A DNA stretch of 62,895 bases, counting the filler, from Octopus bimaculoides (taxonomy: Eukaryota), in the NCBI RefSeq assembly GCF_001194135.2. It is 4 parts of 4 records of this genome, joined end to end, with 100 filler letters (N's around TTAATTAATTAA, not from the genome) between each part and the next. Parts side by side here need not be neighbours in the genome. Positions count along the whole stretch, not along the records: positions 1 to 15,244 come from NC_068983.1; 3 more parts are not named here. One strand, 5' to 3'. Positions 1 to 12,324 of the stretch are shown piece after piece. The position numbers were made by a program, and so were the translations under genes. Numbering within the stretch: position 1 is the stretch's first letter; each line of letters begins with the position of its first letter. The notes beneath the pieces were generated by a model. It saw only the letters and a list, made by a program, of their open reading frames with translations. It did no database searches and was not told the origin of the DNA.

Positions 1-34
<34 letters not shown>

Positions 35-277
35 GGATCTAGGAATAATACCCACGGAAATATTAAAAACAATCCACGAACTTATTTAAAACCATCCCTA
101 CTACTACTGCTACTACAACCAGAACAGGTCAGTGTGAGGCCACTTGACAATTAAAGCAGATTTTACAGACAGCCCTTACTACTGAGTGTGGCCAGAGAAG
201 GCGAGCGAATACAACATACCGCCCTGCTTTATCATTGTTCACTATGACAACTCCATAAATTTCTCACCCCACTCCCT

Positions 278-1290
278 TACGGCATTGAAGAACTAAAGAG
301 CGGACCCCGCCTACATTGCAATATTGAAAGATCTTTACAGTGGTGCAACATCGACTCTCAGGCTACACCAAGACAGAGGTATGGTCAAGCAGGAGAGATG
401 CGCGAGGCAAGATGGCAACATCTCACTGAAGTAATTTACACCGTGCCTTACAAGACGCAGCCATCAACAAAATCCAATGGGACAAGAAGGGCATCGATAT
501 TAACGAGAATAAGTACCTAGACTAGACTTTGCAGATGATGTCATCTTGACAACGCTCACACCTAAGGAACTGGAGAAAATGTTCACCGATATCCACACTA
601 CAAACCAACATGTTAGCTGCAACATGAGCCTTGGAAAGATCAAGGTCATATTCAACAGGTACCTACGCCAGCACCCACCACCGTAAACTGAAGACCATCG
701 AAAAGGTAGACAGCCACGTCTACCTAGGAGAGATAGTAACGAAAGACGGAAATCAAGAGATTAGCGCCAGTTTGGTCAGCCTTTGGGAAGGTGGAAAACC
801 TCATGAGAAGTCCCAAAGCTTCCATGAAAATTAAAAGAAAGATCTTCAACGAGTACATACTGCCAGTGGTGATTTTCGGCAGTGAAACATGGGCTCTCGA
901 CATTACCATCATGAAAGCTCTCGTTGTATCCTAACAAAAAATGGAACAAATCATGCTCAGCATCACATTGCGGGACAAGAAAACAAATGCCTAGATTAGA
1001 CAGCAGACGAGAATCAACGGCATAATAAGAACCACCAAAGAGAACAAATATAGATGGGCTGTCCACATCATGCGACTGAAGGGCAACAGATGGACAATCG
1101 GGATGGCGGAATAGACACTAAGACAATGGACAAGATCAAGAGGCCGACCAAAAACAAGATGGCGAGATAATTTCACCAGGTACTTGGGGCCTACGCGGGA
1201 ACGACTGGCCAGAGACAGACAGCGGTTGAAAGAGTCCAGAGAGGGGTTTCCTCCTTCAGGTGCGGAGAAACCTTGGACATAGGATATGTA
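278..1290 (+). mobile_element. RTE-clade LINE, 5'-truncated, decayed reverse transcriptase and C-terminus
   Basis: Frameshifted translation gives DPAYIAILKDLY, FADDVIL (YADD-type motif), YLGEIV, KIFNEYILPVV, RWAVHIMRL and RGRPKTRW, typical RTE RT/C-terminal motifs with stops. Confidence 0.9.
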
Positions 1291-1304
1291 GATATAACTT
1301 GGCC

Positions 1305-1306
<2 letters not shown>

Positions 1307-1397
<91 letters not shown>
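1307..1397. repeat. (TG)n microsatellite
   Basis: Direct reading. Confidence 0.98.
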
Positions 1398-1399
<2 letters not shown>

Positions 1400-1649
1400 T
1401 AGACGGGAGAAAAAACTGTGCCCACGACATTTTGCAGGGTCTACAGGGCTGGTAGAAGGAAAGACGAAAGATATCCTAGAACCAGTGTAGCCATTCTGTA
1501 TGCCTACAACAGAGTAGACACCGCCAAAAACATCCAAGATGCCAGCCAGGGTAATAAAGCGGGTGACGGATTAAGTCTATCACTCATATAAACCTTGACA
1601 AGAATTGAAGTCAAAACACAAAGATCCTGAACGAATACTACAAGGCACC

Positions 1650-1795
1650 TTATAAGCCAGCTGTAACGTTTGTGCCAATCCACTTCCCAGCATTGGTACT
1701 CTGGTAAGTTAGTTATCGACCATGAAAGTATGAAAGATGACTCTAACCTTCACTCGATTTAAATTCTGAATGCATGATGCCGAAATAGATACCAC
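1650..1795 (-). mobile_element. Degenerate tRNA-derived SINE, family B
   Basis: Reverse complement resembles the TTTCATCCTTTCGGGGTCGATAA segment shared with copies at 6690, 10590 and 41922. Confidence 0.5.
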
Positions 1796-1821
1796 AATAC
1801 ATATGTATGTATGAGAGAGTA

Positions 1822-1970
1822 ATGCATGCCATCAAAGAGACACCGGGGTAAAATATACGAAGCCCAATATACCCATCATGACTACCCGTCTGATAAGGGT
1901 ACATCAGGCACGTGCATCACAACCATATGTGCGCAACATGGTGATCTCATATCAAGATAGAGAGCGCATG
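1822..1970. repeat. Unclassified interspersed repeat (family D), fragment
   Basis: Near-identical to 39128-39280 (GCATGCCATCAAAG...GGGGTAAAATATACGAAGCCCAATATACCCATCATGACTACCC). Confidence 0.85.
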
Positions 1971-2600
1971 GTATGTATGTATGTATGTATGCATGTATGT
2001 ATTTATGTGTGTATGTATATATGCATTTGTCCTGGGTATAATTTTAAACTACATCCGATAGAGTAGCTCTGGTTCAGGAATCCCAGAGTTTTCAAGAGTG
2101 TGGGGCTACTGCATAGCCACTCTCGTTCTCAAGTCTACTCTGACCCGGAGTAGTAACACCTGTTAGGGTCCAAACTATGGACTAATAAACATATTATGGT
2201 TAGCCTACCTATGCATATGAAGACTGTATCCGGTAAACACTGCGGACAAAGCTTTCAACGGAGGGGAAAGCAGCTGCGTCATTGCATTGTGGAGTGCAGA
2301 GAGAGTAATATGACACAAGTAAGACACGTTAGGTCATCCACTGTATCCGTCTCCATCCCCAGCCATCTTGACCTGGTCTTGCCACTGGATTCAAGATGAC
2401 CATGGATGAGCAAGAAAGGTTGATGGAACGCAACTCTTCATTTTAAACAAAGTCCCCGTGCAAGTCATCAATCATCTTTAAGGATTACTATACGGTTCTC
2501 GTCCTTTTGACTGACGAAAATATATTTGTGTGTGTGTGTGTGTGTATGTGCGCGTGCGTGTATGTATGTATGTATGTATGTATGTATGCATGCATGTATG

Positions 2601-2638
<38 letters not shown>

Positions 2639-2646
<8 letters not shown>

Positions 2647-2972
2647 TTCAGAAGTCAAACAAGTATAGTAATTAACAAACGGACGGAAAGACATACTAAG
2701 TGCACTGAATGCACAGACGAACGGAGAACGAACACTGAAGGTCACAAATTCCTTATCAGTTATCGGCCAAGGTGTCAAGCACAATTTCATGCCATTATCG
2801 ATAATATTGCATCCACCTTGGATAATACCATGAAATTGCGCTTGACGCCTTGGCCGATAACTGGTGAGGAATTTGTGACCGTATGTGTTCGTTCACCGTT
2901 CGTCTGTGCATTCAGGATGTCTGTCCGTCTGTTTGTTTATTATTATACATGTTTGATTTCTGAAAATATTAT
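2639..2972. mobile_element. Foldback/MITE-like palindromic element
   Basis: Two ~155-bp inverted arms around a ~20-nt spacer; both strands translate to similar peptides (MKLCLTPWPITDKEFV vs MKLRLTPWPITGEEFV); abuts (TA)n. Confidence 0.85.
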
Positions 2973-3009
2973 TCACAAAACGCAACGCACTCCTATTTTT
3001 AACCTATAT

Positions 3010-3310
3010 ATGATGATGATGGACTCTCCCGTCGTTAAGCGACGTATGAGGGTTCGACAATTTCTTACCAAACAACCACACAGCTGGTTTGTTTGTAGTG
3101 ATCAAATGTTTGTGTAGACATGAGCTCACTTCCTCCCTCAGATCGACATTACCTGTACAAGTGCAACGGGTGACACATGTCAGATGTCGAAATGATCACA
3201 AAGCAACGTGAAATGAAGCGCTTTGCTCAAGAACACAACGTAACACTCGGTGTGGGAATTGAACCCTCGATCTCGCAATTATGAGTGCAACACCTTAACC
3301 ACTAAGCCAT
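3010..3310 (-). mobile_element. tRNA-derived SINE, family G
   Basis: Minus strand has A-box TGGCTTAGTGG, B-box GGTTCAATTCC, then GTTGTGTTCTTGAGCAAAG and a short (CAT)n tail. Confidence 0.8.
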
Positions 3311-3320
3311 ATATATATAT

Positions 3321-4215
3321 TGGCTCATTCATAAATAATGCGTTTTTTTAATACTTCTTTTATTTTTCAAAATTAAGATAAACAAAGTTCTTTTCTAATC
3401 TAAAATATACTCTCCTTCATTTTCTACAATGCTCTTCCATCTATCTAGTAGATTTGTAAAGCCCCTCTTCCAAAATTTACTTGTCCGTGACGAAAAATAC
3501 TCCTCCAGTACTGTTCTGACCTCGTCTACAGAATTCATATTTTTTCCATCCAAATGATTTTGAAAACTGCGGAATAAATGATAATCAGATGGGGCAATGT
3601 CCGGCGATTATGGTGAGTGAGATATCGTTTCCCATTCAAACTGTTCTAGCCTTTGGAATGTTATCCTCGCTGTGTGTGGCCGAGCATTATCCTGATGGAA
3701 GAACACCTTTCGTCTTGAAACCAAAGATGGTCGTTTTTCTTCTAGCACTGACTTAAGCCGCTCAAGCTGCTTGCAGTAAATCTCCTTTGTTATCATTTGG
3801 TTTGGATTTAAAAGTTCAAGGTGGACTAAACCTTTCATATCCCACCAAACAGATAACAACACCTTACAAGAGTGAAGACCTTCTTTAGCTTAGGGTGCCG
3901 GTGTTTCTCCTTTCCCTACCCACTGTCTTCGGCGTTTGACATTTTTATAGAGAACCCATTTTTCGTCACCAGTCACCATTCGGTTCAAAAAAGGTTCATT
4001 CGTGAGAAAGTGAATATGTGCTTTTCTTTGATCTCACAGCAAAGAAAAGCACACATTCATTCTCGGCGCACAATTAGACTTGAAAAGTTTGTGAGAAACG
4101 CATTGACCCAATTCACTGGGGAGGGTGGCTTTCAATTCGCATCCCTCCCTCTGAAATATCTCTTTGTGCTTGTTTAATACTTCTGGTTCCACATTAACTT
4201 TTTTTTCCGATATAC
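3321..4215 (-). mobile_element. Mariner (DD34D) transposase remnant with one terminal repeat
   Basis: MVTGDEKWVLY, LLSVWWDMKG, FHQDNARPH and APSDYHLFRS motifs with stops; element end abuts (TA)n at 3311-3320. Confidence 0.92.
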
Positions 4216-4384
4216 CTTCTGCAGCGGCGAAATTTGCTTTCTTCAGTTGTTCTTGTTGGCGACCTTCTAGGAAATCCTTGCAATAAGTTTTTGAAGAGAA
4301 TATGTTGAATAAAATCGTAATTAACTGATACCCCTGTATTTTCTTTTACCCAAAGTCAGGAACTTTTTAGCACCCCCTCGTACT

Positions 4385-4525
4385 TTGTGAAATGAAAACT
4401 GTGCGACACCAGAGTGGAAGGTATCGTCCACATCGTCATGAGCTGCCCCAAAATATCCGCAAGATATTATCTTTCCATGAAACGTGACATGGCTGTCAAA
4501 GCTAGTTACAATACCATCTGTCGAT
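4385..4525 (+). mobile_element. Short fragment of RLE-type (R4/Dong-like) LINE zinc-knuckle region
   Basis: Translation KLCDTRVEGIVHIVMSCPKISARYYLSMKRDMAVK resembles the CCHC knuckle and RHD region. Confidence 0.5.
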
Positions 4526-4964
4526 TTGTATTCGCAGTCATGCCAAACAAAACGTGCTAGAACGAGAATGTTTCTATGTTTTAAAAATAAAGACTACAGG
4601 TAGAACATTCAAATAAAGACTACAGGTGGAACATTCAAATGAAAAACAGTGATCCAGTGTATATATAGTAGACCTGATATTGTTTTCTGAGACAAGGACT
4701 AAATGTCGCATACTGTTGTTGTTGAAGTCAGATGCCCTACAGATGTGAACGTACATTTCAAGTTCTTACAAAACAGAATCTTTATAGAGAACTAATATGA
4801 AATTTACACCTCTTGTCTCTCTGCAATAGATATTTATTTGCACTTATTATACTATGTAGCATGATATTTTTCCCTTGGATAGCAAGTTATTTCCTTCTTG
4901 TTTACCCTTAGAATGTATGAAAAATGGCTAATATTTCCTTCAAACTTTGCTTTTGTTACAATAT

Positions 4965-5135
4965 TTATTCAAATCCCAAAGAATCGCTCTCAACACATGG
5001 CTATGATGCTACCCTACTACTCCTGCTCATGATTAGAGATGCACATATTGTCAGCCACTAAAGGACATGCTCAAGTGGTTAAGGTTAAGCGAATGACAAG
5101 CAAATCTACGATACTGTGCAGAATATTTGCTATAA
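4965..5135. repeat. Family D repeat, internal fragment
   Basis: Matches 39405-39570 (CTCAACACATGGC...GAGATGCACAT...GGACATGCTCAA...CAGAATATTTGCT). Confidence 0.85.
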
Positions 5136-6689
5136 CGGTATCTCTGCTTCAGCAACTCAGTGCTGAATTTATCTGAAATGCAACGAAAAATAGGCCAGTT
5201 CAAAACATTGTTGTCCACGTCGCAAAAAAACGAAGTTTGAAGGGAATAATAGTGATTTCCTTTGATTTCTAGATAGAAGCAAATAGGAAATAATACTTAC
5301 TAACCAAAAGCAAAAAAATAAAAGTTTTGTTACACACTTGTCAGAGGTGTAGTGGATCCTGTAACAACCGATTTACAAGAAAGTCTAGAAATATTATCAT
5401 TTTCTGAGAAGAAGCAATGCAAATTGATTCTTATCCTCCAAATCCAATCAATTAATCGTATGGAGAAGATTCACAGAATATTCCGAAGATTTAAACTTAT
5501 TTCAAATAAACATATGCACAAAATTCCGTGCATACATACATACATACATACATACATACATACATACATACTTACATACATACATACATACATACATGGA
5601 GCCTTGTATCTTCGTTGGAAACTGGCTCCCTCACTGATACTACATCTATCCAAAAATAACATCCGTTTTTCAAAAATATCCACATTAAGAAAATAATACC
5701 TAGAAACAGAGTGATCTTTGTGTGGATAAAAACAAGATGGTTACACAGCAAGGCTGTAAACATCTCAGGCTGACATTGAAAACGATTTTCGTATGTGTTT
5801 TAAAGAAGAACGGTCTCTCAGTTCATGCTGAAAGAAAGAATTAAACTAAAGTCAACATTTTTTACCATTATATATGAGAAATTCTTGTAATGGAATCCCA
5901 GATGAGGCTGTAGCGATATCGAGATGGATCATACGCTCCCAGAGAGAAACAAGGAAAGTAATACCAAATATTTGCTCACCCACATAAGATTCTGAATTTA
6001 CAAAAAAAGAGATATATCAGGTAGCTTTTTAAAAAAATGCTAAATCCGATCTCAACTTTGGAACTAGGAAATATTCTAAGAATGTCTTAACAAAACCTTT
6101 TAAAATTCCTTTCGAATTTTTATAGATTCTTGAATTCCATTAGTCTTTTACTTAGAAATCCCCAGAAGCAGGATACAAGCCAAAAGCAGAATACAACCAT
6201 GTGAATAACATAACTTATTCAGCACGATGACCGAACGGTGAAGTCCCTTTTTGAGAGCTGAAAACATTTGCCAAAGTTTTCTAGAAAGTAGACAATACGA
6301 TTAATTCCGTTGGATACCTAACTGAGTGAGCGCACAATATGAAAGTAAGTAGTTGTGACTTAGAAACCAGGCACCAAAAGATTGCAGCTAACCGTAAGCT
6401 TTCTATGAAATCTACTACAGTCAGACATGCCGAGGGAACTTCTACATACTCACTGGAATTCTAAAAAATTAACTGCCGAATATCTCTCAAATGACCCCCT
6501 AGAATCCTTAAAAATGGAAGAATAGATTGGATATCTATCTTTGATAGGCTATATTTCGTAAAAAAAATAATGCGATGTTCACGTTTCGGCTCCAATGCTC
6601 GATCGGGGCAGACATGTGGTGGGGAGCGGAACCCCAGCAATCCCTTCTACTATAGGAACAAGGACCGAACTTCTGGAAGAGGGAGCTTG

Positions 6690-6865
6690 TCGATTACATT
6701 AACCCAAATTACTTATTTTATCAATTCCAGAATGGATGAAAATCAACGTCGACTTCGAAGGGATTTATTCTCGGACGTAAAGCCAGAAGAAATACGGCCA
6801 AGCATTTTTTTCCATCGTGCTAACGTGTCTTCCAGCTCAATGAGATGCCTCACAAGGTACTGTTC
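6690..6865 (-). mobile_element. tRNA-derived SINE, family B
   Basis: Reverse complement CGTTAGCACG...AAATGCTTGGCCGTATTTC...GTCGAC...TTTCATCC aligns with 10590-10805. Confidence 0.7.
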
Positions 6866-7002
6866 TCTGATTTCTATGATCGATCATCATTCTATAAGAT
6901 ATGATTAACTGAACTGTAGTCGTCCGGTATATTCACGAGGGCAGGATATTCAAAGACTACATTGAGAGTGACATTCTATATACGGCAGCAAACGAAATAA
7001 TA

Positions 7003-7120
7003 TCATAAAGTTCAAATCAGTGAATTCCTCGTTCTACAGTAGTGGAAGGAAAAATTCAATGAAACATATAACCTTAAAAAATATGTGTACGGAGCAATGT
7101 GTGTATGGGCGTGTGTGAGT
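7003..7120 (+). repeat. Direct repeat copy 1 (pairs with 8310-8430)
   Basis: TCATAAAGTTCAAATCAGTGAATTCC...GTACGGAGCAATGTGTGTATG, roughly 80% similar by eye to copy 2. Confidence 0.8.
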
Positions 7121-8309
7121 GTATGTGTGTGCATGCGTGTGTGTATGTGCGCGTGTGTGTGTGCGAGTGTGAGAGAGAGAGAAAGAGAGAGTTCGTGTGT
7201 GTGCGAGTCTGTGCGTGGATGTGCCTGTGCGTATGCGTGAGTTCGTGTGTGTGTGTGTGCGCACATGTTTGCATGGTTCTGTCAGTGTACATTGTAAAAC
7301 TTTTTCTTTTTGCTTTTCTCGTGGATTTCTCACTACTGATTTCAAGCATGGGTTCTAATAGCTAATAAATTGTTTATTACATTGTCAAGGGTGAAAGGAA
7401 GTGATTGGTATTTTTCACTTTTGAAAGTTTGTGTTTAGAGAGCTGAGATGTTACTGACTTCAGCTTACAAATGCTTTCTTCTATACTATTTACTATTTTT
7501 CGTATGATGGTGACAGACTCGCTCTGAGATTTCATGGTTTATAGTTTCATTTTGTAAAGTATTCTTGTTACAGAAACTTTTATCCCGCAATATTTATTGA
7601 TGGAAAGTGTCTATAAAAGTTTCAGCTCTATCAACAGCGATACTCCTGAGAGTTGATTTTGTTTTGATTAATTTATTTGACTAAAATATGCGAAACATTT
7701 ATCCACGATAGACAAGTGTGTTCCTTCATGATTCGGACTTGGGTGTCATAGACCATAGTTCTACTTTTAGAATCCTTCTCGCTCGAGATTTCTCGTATAC
7801 CTTCAAGCAACTCCGAGCCTCTGTTACAGAATTTCGATTTGAACTTCTTGCTTTTCATAGCTAGCTTGCAATTTTCAGTGCAATTAAAACATTTATGCTC
7901 TTCATTTTCATAACAAAACCATCATTTTTCACCTTGATTGTTCAGACGCCGCCTTACAATCACTCTGACCAAATTTCTGTTTAATGACTGAAACAAGTAA
8001 AAGATAAAAGACAGAAGATAATGAAATCAATAGTAAAGAAATAATTCAAATCTTTTTGAGAAAGCAATTCAATTTCCGACATAATCATTGCACAGCACAA
8101 TTCATGAACACTTGTGACGTCATCTTCTTACAGGTATATTTTGTTACACATTTACTGACACACATTCTCTACAGATGTACGCACACTTGAACACACACAT
8201 CCACGCATATTTACAAGCATGCATATTCACAAGTAATTATCCACATAGTCATTCATGCACATATAAGCTACGAAAGTGAAACAATCAACACAAGATTGCA
8301 AAATAAATA

Positions 8310-8421
8310 TCATAAATTTCAAGCCAGTGAATTCTTTGTTGTACAATACTGGAAGGAAGAATTCAGTTAAAAATAGTCCTAAAAAATATATGTACGGTGC
8401 AATGTGTGTATGAGCGTGCAT

Positions 8422-8430
<9 letters not shown>
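8310..8430 (+). repeat. Direct repeat copy 2 (pairs with 7003-7120)
   Basis: TCATAAATTTCAAGCCAGTGAATTCT...GTACGGTGCAATGTGTGTATG followed by (TG)n. Confidence 0.8.
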
Positions 8431-8491
<61 letters not shown>

Positions 8492-8956
8492 TTTCCTTCT
8501 GGATTTTGGAATTCGATCTTTACCTGTAGCTTTTAGTTCCTGCCTTATCTTGATGTTATCTCTGATATTTTTAAAGATTATAATCTGTAATACAGTATGA
8601 GAAGATTGTTTGGTGATTGGCAGTTGGTCAACATAATTTGGTATGCGACACACTTCTGCAAAGGCTTGGTGAAAACATTGGGTGTGGCTCCTTTGCTGTT
8701 AAGTGTATACTTGCATTATGTTTGATGACTGATATGGAAATGATATGCTTTTTCAGAAAGAGAGAGAAAGAAAGGAGAGAGAGAGTGTGTAAGAAAATGA
8801 GTTTACGATGTTCTAATATTTCTTATCAGTAATGCTTGTTGCTTGTCAGATTGCTTTGCCTTGCTTACGTAACTTTTTTGGGTTAGAATATTGCCATTTT
8901 TCATTTGCTTTTTAATCAAGCATTATCGCTCGGTTCCATACGTATACACATGCACA

Positions 8957-9040
8957 TACACACGTACTTACACACACGTACTTACACACACGTACTTACA
9001 CACACGTACTTACACACACGTACTTACACACACGTATACG
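8957..9040. repeat. 12-bp minisatellite (ACACACGTACTT)n
   Basis: Direct reading. Confidence 0.9.
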
Positions 9041-9190
9041 TACGTGCACACACAGGGGTGTGTGTGTGCAAATATCTGGAGCTGTACAGCGATAGCAATT
9101 AACTGGAGATAACGACTAAAATTGTCATAAATTGCATATTGTCCCCTCCAACCACGCCCCCTCGTAAGATTAAATTTGATATACTGTTAT

Positions 9191-9256
9191 AGGTCACTGA
9201 GTTGAAGGTCATCAGATTGAAGGTCATCAGATTAAAGGTCATTGGAAGGAAAGTCA
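9191..9256 (+). repeat. 15-bp period tandem array with AGGTCA cores
   Basis: AGGTCA at 9191, 9206, 9221 and 9236; AAGTCA at 9251. Confidence 0.9.
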
Positions 9257-9489
9257 TGAGATATTTTTATTTTAATAGATTAGAAGTTTATTTTTATGAG
9301 ACCATATCAGGTTCTACTTGCTCTTAGTATCAGTACAAGTGTTTCACTGTCGAGTGGCCGGTGACCAAGTTGACCTTCATCCCCCAGTTTGCTAGGTGAG
9401 AAGGAGTTGAGGCACGGAACGGAATTAGAAATATAACCAGTCAAAGGTGGAATGGCTTCTCAGAAATTAATCCAAAGACAAATCCTATG

Positions 9490-9685
9490 CATTTTCTTAC
9501 CTTTTTACCTTTTACTGGTTCCACTCATTAAACTGCGGCCATGCTGGGGCAGAGCACTGAAGAACTTTCAGTCGAATGAATTGACCACGGTACTTTTTTT
9601 AAGCTTGGTACTTATTCTATCAATCTATTTTGCCGTACCGCTAGTTTACCGGGACGTAAACACACCAATATCGGTTGTCAAGGTT
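9490..9685 (-). mobile_element. SINE family A, 3' half
   Basis: CTGCGGCCATGCTGGGGC...GGTACTTATTCTATC...GGGACGTAAACACACCA, same as the tails at 44445 and 62395. Confidence 0.85.
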
Positions 9686-9881
9686 TCAAATTTGTATGTT
9701 TAAAAATGTAGAGACTCTTAACACGACCGATCTATATTCCATTTATTTAATTATTTACCATTCAATATCAACATTTCTGTACCCAACTCTATCCAGCGGC
9801 TGATCCGTTGGATGTCTGACGTTTGGCACTTCCTCAGGAATGGCTTCCATCAGAACAAATTACGAAAAACACAATTAACAC

Positions 9882-10020
9882 AATTAACGATTATAACAGA
9901 TTATTAAAATACCTGACTATAACTCCGCCATACTGCTTAACTCCGCCATGCTGCCTTCATTGAAGGCAGCATGGCGGAGTTATAGTCAGGTATTTTAATA
10001 ATCTGTTATGATCGTTAATT
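9882..10020. repeat. Near-perfect spacerless palindrome ending at an assembly gap
   Basis: The 60-nt right arm is the reverse complement of the left arm (1 mismatch plus an 18-nt duplication in the left arm); centre at 9960. Confidence 0.9.
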
Positions 10021-10334
10021 NNNNNNNNNNNNNNNNNNNNNNNNNNNNNNNNNNNNNNNNNNNNNNNNNNNNNNNNNNNNNNNNNNNNNNNNNNNNNNNN
10101 NNNNNNNNNNNNNNNNNNNNNNNNNNNNNNNNNNNNNNNNNNNNNNNNNNNNNNNNNNNNNNNNNNNNNNNNNNNNNNNNNNNNNNNNNNNNNNNNNNNN
10201 NNNNNNNNNNNNNNNNNNNNNNNNNNNNNNNNNNNNNNNNNNNNNNNNNNNNNNNNNNNNNNNNNNNNNNNNNNNNNNNNNNNNNNNNNNNNNNNNNNNN
10301 NNNNNNNNNNNTATATATGACGTTTCTGTCTGTC

Positions 10335-10497
10335 TGACGTTTCAGTTTCTGTCTACCAAATCCACGCACAAAGCTTTGGTTGGCCGGGGGCTACAGTAGA
10401 AGACACACATTTGCCCAAGGTTCCACACCATGAGACTGAACCCGGAACCATGTGGTTGGGAAGTAGGCTTCTTACCACACAGCCACGCCTGCGCCTC
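10335..10497 (-). mobile_element. SINE family A, tRNA-like head
   Basis: Minus strand A-box TGGCTGTGTGG, B-box-like GGTTCAGTC, then CTTGGGCAA. Confidence 0.88.
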
Positions 10498-10589
10498 TGG
10501 AAAAGAGCTATGTACCAGCGTGTTATGCTTATTAAAATATACACTGCTGTTTACTTACAACCTCTATTATGTTGCGATGTATTTTTTTT

Positions 10590-10805
10590 AGGTGGCAAGC
10601 GGGCAGAATTGTTAGAACACTGGACAAAATGCTTAGCGATATTTCTTCTGGCTCTTTACAATCTGAGTGCAAATACTATCGAGATTAACTTTGCCTTTCA
10701 TCCTTTCGATGCAATAAAGAACTAGTCAAATACTGGAGTTGATGCAGTCAGCTTGTTCCCTTACCCTCCAAATTACTAGCTTTTTGTCTAAATAAGAAAT
10801 TATTA
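10590..10805 (+). mobile_element. tRNA-derived SINE, family B
   Basis: GGTGGCAAGCGGGCAGAA...AAATGCTTAGCG...TTTGCCTTTCATCCTTTCG ending in ATTATT. Confidence 0.8.
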
Positions 10806-11734
10806 TGATATGGTTTTGGATAACTGGAGCAGGTTAAAGAGATTATTATTTGGTATTACACAGGCTAGTTTCAAGTATGCAATAGGAAACCTGTATATAG
10901 TTGTTTATCTAACCAGAAATAACAGTTAAATCTTCCTGTTGTTTTAAAAAGAAGGAAGGACACATTGGATAAAGTAGTTCTTGATATCGTTATACTCAAA
11001 AAATGACGGGACAGACCTACAGATAAACAACAATAATGCAAGTGAAAGACTTTATTAAATATTTATCTATCCTTCTAGCTCATGATATTTCGATGTTGTT
11101 GCTATTGTTTCGTTCAAGTCAGTCCTTTGTAAGCAGAGCTATGAACAAAGGTGTCTCTAGCCGTTACCTTCCCAGCATTTTTCGTGCAGTCTGCATCCCT
11201 GAACAACATTATTTAATGTGTGCTTCCTCTTTTTAAAAAGGTACGATTTGGTTTGATGAAGAGCTGGCAATTTTTGGTAGCAGATCGAACGACCGAATAG
11301 AAGCACCTTTGTGTATTCGACTAAGCATCTTTGTGCATCCAACTAAATTCATATTGCGTTATGTGTGTCCCTCATACTGTTCAACTCTATTTTATCAAAA
11401 TTTCTTCTCTTCTGTTTCCAAGAGATATTCCATACACATATGCGCCTTTAGAAATTGTTATTTCCCATTTTGTATTATTATTGATTTCTAAAACAGACAT
11501 AAGGCACAAAGTATTGTGGAGAAAAAGGTAAATTCGGTTACATTGGTCTCAGTAGTTGATTTATACGTATTCTAAGTGTTAAAAATGAAGTTAACTCTGT
11601 GATATTAGAAATGCTGGCTTTAAACTCAGAACGTTACGAAACCTGGCTAAATTCCACCAGACACTTTTTTTCCGCCGCTCAGTCAATTCATCAATCCATT
11701 CTCATGTTATATAAGTTAATATTAAAGAGTATAA

Positions 11735-11835
11735 GAGCGGTGTTTAACAGAAACCGTAGCACGACGGAAAAATCTTTGCTTTAAATTTAGAACTTGCCAG
11801 AGTCAACTTTATATTTCATCCTTCGAGGGATAAAG
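11735..11835 (+). mobile_element. Degenerate SINE family B fragment
   Basis: AACCGTAGCACGACGG...GTCAACTTT...TTTCATCCTTCGAGG. Confidence 0.5.
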
Positions 11836-12324
11836 GACAAAGACTTATTTATACATATGTTAGAAATAATATTTCAAAGTATTGAGTTAGTTTCACATGA
11901 CTCTTAAAAATGACTCTCAAAACTTCATCATTAAGAGTCACATGACATCAGTCAGTTTTACCACCCTGCCATACTTTCATGTCAATAAGTTATTTGACAT
12001 GTTTGAGCCGTGGAACATTCCTAAACTCTTTTCTAAACGAAAGTTTACTTTCATATCATTGCATTATAGTACGCCTTATCGCGTGTCTTTCTGTTTATCT
12101 ATCTTCCTCGTCTAGGCACTTAATTATATGTGCTAACTACCTCCATCATATTCTTTTTTATTTTGTAATTCTTTTGTAGTCGCTGATTTCAAACTCTTTC
12201 CCATTGGAAATCAAAATAAAATCATTTGTATGTAAATACTTAGTCTAAGACAGAGAAGCAAGGCCCGTACACTTCGCATTCACAAACTGCTGAGAGCGAT
12301 AAAGCCGAAGTTTAACTTTAACGT

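Noticed and set aside
688-720. CTGAAGA...GAAA hammerhead-like string
   Set aside because: Inside the RTE coding remnant; stems I and II do not pair
2740-2890. CTGGTGA/CTGATAA-GG..CC in the foldback arms
   Set aside because: No GAAA or cleavage triplet follows
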